A stretch of 63,971 bases of DNA from a virus (Duplodnaviria; Caudoviricetes), in the IMG/VR virus record IMGVR_UViG_3300032225_001614, positions 1 through 63,971 of that record; one strand, written 5' to 3'. This document shows positions 57,525 to 63,971 of this stretch, in pieces. The notes under the pieces are model-generated. The model saw nothing but the letters and a program-made list of their open reading frames with translations, did no database searches and was not told the DNA's origin. Position 1 is the first letter of the stretch; every line of letters starts with the position of its first letter. The position numbers and the translations under genes were made by a program.

Positions 57525-58187
57525 TTAAAAATTATATACTTTGGTTGGTTTGCGGCATTTTACTTGCCAGTCATTGTTATTTAATTCTTGAAATCCAAAA
57601 CCTAATTTGCTATCAATTTTTTTCAATACCAATCCTTCATAAAGATCCGTCTTGGTAATATCAGCAAATAGTTTTTCAAATTGGTTTGTATAGCTAGGTA
57701 CCTTATATATTCCATTAAGGTTTGTTAAGCATATATGGGTGTAAATTTCCATTATACCATTTTCATCTACCTTTCCTCTAACTGACGGATAAAGTATCTC
57801 TAATAGGTCTAATCTTGCGTTTAATGGCTCATTAATAAGGTATTCACCTTCATGAACTAAAATATCCCAAATAATGAATTTATCCCTCTCAATAATACCT
57901 GTTTCGCCTTTCTTGGCTTTGTTAAGATATTCGCCTACATATACATTCCATTTTTCAGTCTTTGCTAGTCCATTAAAATCAATATCAATACTATACTTGC
58001 TTAATGGCTGCTTTTTCCTGTTATAAACAAGGGTATCAGTTCCATTAGTAAATACTACACAACAAGTGCCATTATACTTTGGCTGCGCTAAATATTCTCC
58101 ATTATCGAATTTAAATAGATCCGTTGGCGGTATCTTAAATTCTGGTCGTGGTGGAAATATATAATTGAAATTTAAATAAGGTACCAT
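57525..58187 (-). CDS. ATP-dependent ligase-like nucleotidyltransferase (adenylation domain only)
   Basis: Motif I QPKYNG, III VGEYL, IIIa FIIWDIL, IV EGLVLK, V WQVKCR. Confidence 0.75.
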   Translation of the reverse strand: MVPYLNFNYIFPPRPEFKIPPTDLFKFDNGEYLAQPKYNGTCCVVFTNGTDTLVYNRKKQPLSKYSIDIDFNGLAKTEKWNVYVGEYLNKAKKGETGIIERDKFIIWDILVHEGEYLINEPLNARLDLLEILYPSVRGKVDENGIMEIYTHICLTNLNGIYKVPSYTNQFEKLFADITKTDLYEGLVLKKIDSKLGFGFQELNNNDWQVKCRKPTKVYNF

Positions 58188-58188
58188 A

Positions 58189-58410
58189 CTAAATATCGGT
58201 TTCTATGCTATTTGTAATTTCATTTAATACACTAACTGGCAAGTATCGGGTAATATCAATACTATCTTTTTCAGTTACAATTTCTACTTTAGTAATTTCT
58301 ATTTCATTGTAGTTTCCTAATTCGTGGTAGCCATGTCCTTCCTCAATTTGTGAAGGTATATGTTGAATTGTGTAGGAAATAATTGTTTCAAAGGTGGTTT
58401 CTAATTTCAT
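58189..58410 (-). CDS. Hypothetical protein
   Basis: 73-aa acidic ORF. Confidence 0.6.
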   Translation of the reverse strand: MKLETTFETIISYTIQHIPSQIEEGHGYHELGNYNEIEITKVEIVTEKDSIDITRYLPVSVLNEITNSIETDI

Positions 58411-58415
58411 AATAA

Positions 58416-59000
58416 TTATTTTTTAAGTGCAACAATTGGGTTAATTAGTTCAAATACTTGTTTTGGATCATTAAACTGCATTAATCTATCAATACTACCT
58501 TTGGCAACTGAATAGCTTTTTTCTCCGCTAATTAAGTTCCCTTTATCAATATCATCTATATTAGGGCAATTCAGGATCAATTCGCTTAATACTTGGCCAT
58601 ATTTTTCAACCAATTCAGCATTGAATTTATACACTACATTTTCAGCCAATAAGCCGTCATAACTACCTAAAATATGCGCCTTATTTTCATCAACAATAGT
58701 GTACTTATCCATTACAATAAGCATACATGAATTACCGGTGCTATCCTTAATCTTAAAATTGTCGGGTGTGTTTTTATATTTCAGATATTCAGCCATAAAC
58801 ATTTCCTTTCCGGTGGCTTTAATATCCCCTTCAATCATTTTAAGCTCTCCTGTTGCGCTATCTATTAACTGCTTTAATTCAGCATACTTTTGGATCTTAC
58901 TGCCTAATTCTGGTGCATCTAATACCTTTTTATCGGTTTTCTTAATTGTTTCTTTAACCTTTGTTGCGGCTGCAAATAGGTTTGTTGTTTGTGTTTGCAT
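58416..59000 (-). CDS. Hypothetical protein
   Basis: 194-aa ORF. Confidence 0.7.
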   Translation of the reverse strand: MQTQTTNLFAAATKVKETIKKTDKKVLDAPELGSKIQKYAELKQLIDSATGELKMIEGDIKATGKEMFMAEYLKYKNTPDNFKIKDSTGNSCMLIVMDKYTIVDENKAHILGSYDGLLAENVVYKFNAELVEKYGQVLSELILNCPNIDDIDKGNLISGEKSYSVAKGSIDRLMQFNDPKQVFELINPIVALKK

Positions 59001-59077
59001 ATTAGTGTTTTTGTTTTTAGAAAATTAAAATTAAGTCTTTCTTTTGATTCAGCAAAATAATTTAATTAAATTAATAT

Positions 59078-59425
59078 TTATGCGTATTTTGTTTCGGTTA
59101 CTGGTTTACCTTTCCACAATTGACCAATACCTGCGCCTGCGTAATTGCCAAAACCAATATAAAAGTTTTTGCCGTCATAAGATGGTCGCAATTTTTTTCT
59201 TGCTGGTTTTACGTTATATCTAATTTCATTCGGTTTTACTTCGCAAGCCATAAAACTAGTTTCTTGACTATAAAATTTAGTCATTGGAAGTATTTTGATC
59301 CATTCGCCTTTAACTTCCACTACACAATAAAAATCAATGTTAGTTTGGTCGTATCCCCAACTATGTGTAATAATTGCGCCTAACTGATATTTGTCTGCTG
59401 CTATTGGTGTTATTTCGTTTTTCAT
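59078..59425 (-). CDS. Hypothetical protein
   Basis: SWGYDQTNIDFY.VV pattern recalled from early phage genes. Confidence 0.7.
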   Translation of the reverse strand: MKNEITPIAADKYQLGAIITHSWGYDQTNIDFYCVVEVKGEWIKILPMTKFYSQETSFMACEVKPNEIRYNVKPARKKLRPSYDGKNFYIGFGNYAGAGIGQLWKGKPVTETKYA

Positions 59426-59430
59426 ATAAT

Positions 59431-59622
59431 TTAATTATTTGATTTTAATTCGTTTTGAAAATTTTTATTTCTTTCTTTTTTTGTTTTATACCAAAATACT
59501 TCTAAAATTTCTTCATTTTGTACTAATTCAAAACCATATATATAACCTTCGTTATTATCTGATTTTGGTAATTTTAAATTTTCTCTTACATTTTCCCAAT
59601 GAATTTTATTTAATTTTGTCAT
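59431..59622 (-). CDS. Hypothetical protein
   Basis: Early-region ORF. Confidence 0.55.
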   Translation of the reverse strand: MTKLNKIHWENVRENLKLPKSDNNEGYIYGFELVQNEEILEVFWYKTKKERNKNFQNELKSNN

Positions 59623-59730
59623 ATTTTTAATTGTTATAAATAATAAATATTATTACTATTGCCACGAACCAAAATATAAAATAATCAATATAATGGTAGT
59701 GTTTACTTCTTTTTTTTAATTGTTTTCTGG

Positions 59731-59922
59731 TCATATTTTGCATTTTTCAATTATAAAATAATATTCGTCATAAAGATTATTAAAAATATCCTGCGCTGGC
59801 TCTGAATAGATTAAACAGTCATTACCATCATTAATCCATATTTCAGTCAATTCAGTATTTTTTTCCAATTCATTTTGGGCTAATTCTGCTGCCAATTCTA
59901 CTATGTTTACTGTAATATTCAT
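59731..59922 (-). CDS. Hypothetical acidic protein
   Basis: Early-region ORF. Confidence 0.55.
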   Translation of the reverse strand: MNITVNIVELAAELAQNELEKNTELTEIWINDGNDCLIYSEPAQDIFNNLYDEYYFIIEKCKI

Positions 59923-60236
59923 AAAATTTAATTTAGTTATTTAATAATTTAATTTTTTCAATTGCCATAACTACCAATAAGTTAATTAAGGAAATGCTAA
60001 AGACTGCCGATAAGGTTACATAAATAATAAAAGTTGTCATTGTGTTTTTGGTTTTAGTGTTATTTGGATAAATAATTTTCGTAAGCAAATAATTCGGTTA
60101 ATTCGTTTAACTGGCTTTTAAGTTGTTTAATCTTGTTTTCTACTGCGTAAATGTTTTTGACTTGACCTTGTTGGATCTTTAAATTCAAGGCCTTAATTTG
60201 ATTTTTTAATTTGATAATTTTTTGTGTCATGGTATT

Positions 60237-60458
60237 TTATTTTATAGTTTGTAAAAAATTAGGTTTTGTATTCAGATCTATTATTGAAGTTCTTAATCTA
60301 TTGTAGCCGTTGTTAGCTGCCCAAACTTTACCTTTTTCAATTAGTTCACTTAAATTAGTGTAACCTTTGCACTGGTATAAAACTTCTTCCATGTAGTCGG
60401 GTTGGTCTATTTTACAGCCATAAAGTAGGGTTTCGGTTGTGTGTGGTTGTATTTTCAT
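60237..60458 (-). CDS. Hypothetical protein
   Basis: Early-region ORF. Confidence 0.6.
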   Translation of the reverse strand: MKIQPHTTETLLYGCKIDQPDYMEEVLYQCKGYTNLSELIEKGKVWAANNGYNRLRTSIIDLNTKPNFLQTIK

Positions 60459-60517
60459 TGTGTTGTATTTTATTTATTAAAATTACTTTTATTTGAGCAA
60501 ACTAAATGTTAATGAAA

Positions 60518-60961
60518 TTATAAAAGTCCTTCATCTATAAAAGAATAATATCCTTTAGCGGTTAAAATAATATGATCTAAAACTTTACAGTCGAATAATG
60601 CAAGGGTATTTTTAACTTTTTCAGTTAAAATTTTATCCGCTTGACTGGGCTGCAGGTTTCCGCTTGGGTGGTTATGGCATAAAATAACTCCACTACTTAA
60701 TGTATCTACTGCATATTTTGCTATCAGTATTGGATCGCATAAAGTTGCCGCCAATCCGCCCGAACTGATTTTTACATATCCTGTTGTTATGTTTGCTCTA
60801 TTCAATAACACTAAAAAAAAACTTTCAAAAATTTCTATATCATCCGAATAAAATTGCCGTATAAAATTTGCGGCGGTTTCACTACTGGTTATTTTAGTGT
60901 TTTTAAATTCAGTTTCGTTTTTCTTTAATGCGTAAACTTTTAAGCTAGTTTCTTTTTTCAT
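60518..60961 (-). CDS. radC: RadC-like JAB domain protein
   Basis: ESFFLVLLNRAN...GG...HNHPSGNLQPSQAD...VLDHIIL...YYSF. Confidence 0.9.
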   Translation of the reverse strand: MKKETSLKVYALKKNETEFKNTKITSSETAANFIRQFYSDDIEIFESFFLVLLNRANITTGYVKISSGGLAATLCDPILIAKYAVDTLSSGVILCHNHPSGNLQPSQADKILTEKVKNTLALFDCKVLDHIILTAKGYYSFIDEGLL

Positions 60962-60962
60962 A

Positions 60963-61235
60963 TTAGTTTAATTTTATTGTATCGGTACATCCAATTTTAT
61001 TAAGCCTTGCGAAATATCCTTCGCCGCCACCATTTTTAGATCCTTGTAAGTGGTTTTTGTTTCCAGTATAAAAAATAGAATACCCGTTTTTTGTGTCTTT
61101 GAAATATTCGCTACATCCGTATTCAGATTTTAAATAATTATTATAAATTTCTTTTTTCAATTCAGAAAATTTTTTGCCAAAAAAATCGGGTACATATTTA
61201 TTGATTATTATTTTTTTAACTTCTTGCTTTGTCAT
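60963..61235 (-). CDS. Hypothetical protein
   Basis: Early-region ORF. Confidence 0.55.
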   Translation of the reverse strand: MTKQEVKKIIINKYVPDFFGKKFSELKKEIYNNYLKSEYGCSEYFKDTKNGYSIFYTGNKNHLQGSKNGGGEGYFARLNKIGCTDTIKLN

Positions 61236-61508
61236 ATTGTTTTTTTAGTGGGTAAAAATCAGCCAATTAATCAGCCAATTTTTACCCGATTATTATGTTT
61301 TATAAAATTATTTCTAAATCTATTTTAACTATTTGCATTAATGCTCTTTTACTTCTACATTCAAGTAGATAAATAGCTTCCTCTTTGGATCTTGCTTTTA
61401 CTTCCACTTGTCTTTTATCGTTTGTATATGTAACTATAAATTTAAAAGTTTTCATTTGTGTTTAATTTAATTTAATTAATAAAATAGTTAATAAAATAAT
61501 GCTATTTT

Positions 61509-61748
61509 TTAGTATGCTATTTCCTCAATAAATTCAAAGGTTATTTCTTTTAATACGTTTTTAATATCCTCCTGTTTGTATTTTTCATCTTGTAAAATTT
61601 CTTCTAATTCTTCAACTATATACCAAAGGTTTTGGCTATCTGGTAATGTGTCTATGTCCATGCCGCAAACATTAAGTAAGCGCATATTGACTAATTTTTC
61701 GGCCGTTTTTCTTGCGCCATTAATTTCTAAATAATCTGCTAATTTCAT
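61509..61748 (-). CDS. Hypothetical acidic protein
   Basis: Early-region ORF downstream of a repeated leader. Confidence 0.6.
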   Translation of the reverse strand: MKLADYLEINGARKTAEKLVNMRLLNVCGMDIDTLPDSQNLWYIVEELEEILQDEKYKQEDIKNVLKEITFEFIEEIAY

Positions 61749-61820
61749 TGTGTTTGTTTTTATTGTTATTTGATTTTATAAAATTACTTTTGTTTTAGCA
61801 AAGTAAAAGTTAAAGGATTG

Positions 61821-62006
61821 CTAATATTCATTAAAAAATTGCAAATAATCTGCGTTTATATAGTCCTCTTGCCTATAAAAAGTACCAAAATATCCCTTAT
61901 TAATATACTTATCAACTTCTTTGCTACTGTTTGTGTCTTTTACTTTTTCAGCATAAACACTATAAATACTTTCATTGTTTAAGATCCAAATACTATATTT
62001 TTTCAT
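61821..62006 (-). CDS. Hypothetical protein
   Basis: Early-region ORF. Confidence 0.55.
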   Translation of the reverse strand: MKKYSIWILNNESIYSVYAEKVKDTNSSKEVDKYINKGYFGTFYRQEDYINADYLQFFNEY

Positions 62007-62017
62007 GTGTTTAAATT

Positions 62018-62227
62018 TTAGATTTTATTTAATGCGCTTTGTAGATCTGTTTTTAATGCGGTTATTTTTGGGTATATATCCGTTGAAACATGGGCGAAGT
62101 CGTTTTCGTGTCCAAAAAATTTATCAGACAAAAAATAACTTTGCATTTCAATAATTTTTTCAATCGCAAAATTTAGATCGTCTTTTAACTGGTTGTTTTC
62201 TTCTTGTAGTCTTTTAGTGTAGTGCAT
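62018..62227 (-). CDS. Hypothetical protein
   Basis: Early-region ORF. Confidence 0.55.
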   Translation of the reverse strand: MHYTKRLQEENNQLKDDLNFAIEKIIEMQSYFLSDKFFGHENDFAHVSTDIYPKITALKTDLQSALNKI

Positions 62228-62237
62228 TGTTAAGGTT

Positions 62238-62432
62238 TTAAATTTGTTTTAATTTTTTGGCTTTTGCTATCATATCAAAAATATTATTTGTTATTTCATT
62301 TTTTAAATTATAATTGTATTGGCTTATAAAAAATTTTATAGATTCTTTTTTTGTGTAGTTTAATTTTTTCATTCTATCTAAATAAATTATAGCAAATTTT
62401 TCTAAAAATCCTTTTTCTATTATTGTTTTCAT
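62238..62432 (-). CDS. Hypothetical protein
   Basis: Early-region ORF. Confidence 0.5.
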   Translation of the reverse strand: MKTIIEKGFLEKFAIIYLDRMKKLNYTKKESIKFFISQYNYNLKNEITNNIFDMIAKAKKLKQI

Positions 62433-62443
62433 TGTTTAAAGTT

Positions 62444-62632
62444 TTAAGGTAGGTAGTCTATTCTATTATCAAATTCAGTGTCTAACTTTTTGCTAAAATC
62501 ATTTATTTGTTTTGTTAGTGTTTTTGGCAAGTATTCGTTAACGTGTCCATAATCATTAATGCGGTTTTTTATTTGGTTTATTAGTGCCATAAGTTCCTCA
62601 AGCGAATTTTGATTAATTTTTTTGATGTTCAT
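62444..62632 (-). CDS. Hypothetical protein
   Basis: Early-region ORF ending YLP. Confidence 0.55.
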   Translation of the reverse strand: MNIKKINQNSLEELMALINQIKNRINDYGHVNEYLPKTLTKQINDFSKKLDTEFDNRIDYLP

Positions 62633-62642
62633 TTTTAAAGTT

Positions 62643-62969
62643 TTAAGGTAGGTAATTTAATAAGGTTTTACATTCGTTTATATCTTCTTCAGTATATCCG
62701 TAAAAATTAGAAGGGTTTAACTTGCTTACATTTCCCCAAAAAGTTTTGAGGTGTGTAGTAATTATATTACTCTGGTGCGGTTTATGAAAGTCGTTTGGCT
62801 CTAGATCAATTGATCCGCTTATTTCTTTGCCGTCCTCAAATTCTATTGAGTAGTATAAATCAGACCAATATTGACGCTTTAAAATTGATTTTGCGGCTAT
62901 ATTTGCATTATCCCAACTGTTTACAATTGCAAATATTTTTTTATTGCTATTTGATAATGTTATTTTCAT
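62643..62969 (-). CDS. Hypothetical protein
   Basis: Early-region ORF ending YLP. Confidence 0.6.
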   Translation of the reverse strand: MKITLSNSNKKIFAIVNSWDNANIAAKSILKRQYWSDLYYSIEFEDGKEISGSIDLEPNDFHKPHQSNIITTHLKTFWGNVSKLNPSNFYGYTEEDINECKTLLNYLP

Positions 62970-62973
62970 TTTA

Positions 62974-63222
62974 TTAAGGTTTTAAGGTGTTTAATTCTTT
63001 GCGGTTAATTAATCGTGTAGGGTATCCTAGTGTTCTATATTCATTTAGATCGTGTCCAATTAGGCTAATTTCTACAACTTTGCCGTATTTGTTTACTCTA
63101 GTTTTCCCGCTTTTTTCAAAGTTTAAAAATTTGCTATTGCTTTCGTAATGGCTTACATCTTCCCACCCTTGTCCGTAATGTTGTTGAATTACTTGGTAAT
63201 ATGTGTATTTATTTGCTTTCAT
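62974..63222 (-). CDS. Hypothetical protein
   Basis: VIQQHYGQGWEDV...EYR pattern. Confidence 0.6.
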   Translation of the reverse strand: MKANKYTYYQVIQQHYGQGWEDVSHYESNSKFLNFEKSGKTRVNKYGKVVEISLIGHDLNEYRTLGYPTRLINRKELNTLKP

Positions 63223-63240
63223 TTTACTAGGTTTTAGTTA

Positions 63241-63615
63241 TTAATATAAATTTGAGTAATTAACTTTATTTTGTTTGCATAATTGAAAAAATTTAACTGC
63301 CATAAAATTGAAATAATTATCTATAATTTTATCTTCTTGTTTTTCGGTTGCGTTTTCTGGTAAACTTCCCCAACTTTTAGCCAATTGTAAAATATCATAA
63401 TTAGAAAATACAATATTTAAGCAACTTGGAAGGCCTTGTAAATATTCAGCGAATCGGTTTTGTAAATTTGGTATATATCTTTTATTGTAGTCGTGGTTAT
63501 ACTCACTATTAAAAGAATTCAAAACAAAATTTATTTTTTCTTCGTTGGATCCTTCAAAATCAATTGAGTTAAGTAAGTAGGCAAAAACTGGGTGCAATTT
63601 GTTGTTTGTTTTCAT
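63241..63615 (-). CDS. Hypothetical protein
   Basis: EYLQGLPS pattern; first major early gene. Confidence 0.7.
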   Translation of the reverse strand: MKTNNKLHPVFAYLLNSIDFEGSNEEKINFVLNSFNSEYNHDYNKRYIPNLQNRFAEYLQGLPSCLNIVFSNYDILQLAKSWGSLPENATEKQEDKIIDNYFNFMAVKFFQLCKQNKVNYSNLY

Positions 63616-63878
63616 GGTGTTTTGTTTTAGTGTTTTATTTGATTTTATAAAATTACTTTTGTTTTAGCAAAGTAAATGTTAAGGAAAACTTAAAGTATAT
63701 TTTTGTTATTAATAAATAATACAGTAGCACTAATAAAAAATAAAATTTCACTAACTGCAAATAAATTAATGTTAGTAATAATTAAACTAACTAATAATAA
63801 AATAGAACTAATAAATAAGATCAAAAAAAATGTTTTACTGGTTGTCATGTTGTTTATTTTAATTGTTATTTGATATAT

Positions 63879-63911
63879 CAAAGATAGGTAACTATTTTAC
63901 AATTAAGCAAA
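63879..63911 (-). promoter_or_regulatory. Early-region promoter (TTTG-N21-TATCTTTG on the minus strand)
   Basis: CAAAGATA at 63879-63886 and CAAA at 63908-63911. Confidence 0.6.
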
Positions 63912-63971
63912 ATAAAATAACCATTAACAAAACTTTAACAAATTATCCCCTTAAATACCCCTTAAGATCCC

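Larger units (their letters stand above)
61766..63676. repeat. 42-bp exact intergenic repeat (61766-61807, 63635-63676); degenerate copies ~60478-60512 and ~59026-59060
   Basis: TTATTTGATTTTATAAAATTACTTTTGTTTTAGCAAAGTAAA twice, each upstream of a minus-strand gene. Confidence 0.9.
1..63971. mobile_element. Tailed (podovirus-like) bacteriophage genome with crAss-like morphogenesis module, probable Bacteroidota host
   Basis: TerL, portal, MCP, tail, lysis and replication genes present; no host housekeeping genes; Bacteroidota-type TAnnTTTG promoters. Confidence 0.95.

Noticed and set aside
61250-61287. GGGTAAAAAT...ATTTTTACCC hairpin with an internal AATCAGCCAATT duplication
   Set aside because: Adequately explained as an ordinary minus-strand terminator or attenuator.
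63690-63881. 63-aa hydrophobic ORF as given in the track
   Set aside because: The TTG start lies in the promoter element; a shorter TM peptide from ATG 63848 is possible but otherwise unsupported.
1-63971. Stop-codon reassignment as in some crAss-like phages
   Set aside because: Long genes are intact in the standard code; TAA, TAG and TGA all end genes; no suppressor tRNA seen.
1-63971. Integrated prophage or lysogeny module
   Set aside because: No integrase, att-adjacent tRNA or host genes recognised.

Overview
The window looks like a complete or near-complete ~64 kb, AT-rich, podovirus-type phage genome. The host is probably in Bacteroidota: TAnnTTTG -7 and TTTG -33 promoters recur, and start contexts are A-rich without Shine-Dalgarno motifs. 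Layout: (1) 191-9559, regulators plus lambdoid-style recombination and replication genes (YqaJ exonuclease, NinG, DUF4373-like initiator, primase-helicase, SSB) and a metallophosphoesterase; (2) 10469-45555, a crAss-like morphogenesis block (GroES-like proteins, terminase, portal, scaffold, major capsid protein, ring proteins, a split muzzle/stabilisation gene, giant ejection proteins with ART-like domains, ferritin, a Gly-Thr-Ser collagen-like fibre, tail fibres); (3) 45586-55240, four glycosyltransferase genes interleaved with lysis genes and a C5 DNA methyltransferase; (4) 55375-63881, a minus-strand early region of small genes (DnaA C-terminal protein, ligase-like protein, RadC/JAB). I recognised no DNA polymerase, RNA polymerase, integrase, tRNA or CRISPR array. 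The best candidate for an undescribed system is a phage-encoded protein O-glycosylation pathway: a TibC/Aah-like iron-finger heptosyltransferase, a plant SGT1/HPAT-like transferase and two further GTs, alongside poly-Thr and Gly-Thr-Ser tracts in several virion proteins. Other highlights are a probable nested gene inside the giant ejection protein, a split muzzle gene, an inverted repeat across the window ends, a compact structured-RNA candidate and repeated gene-boundary sequences. All family calls come from reading motifs by eye; no searches were run.
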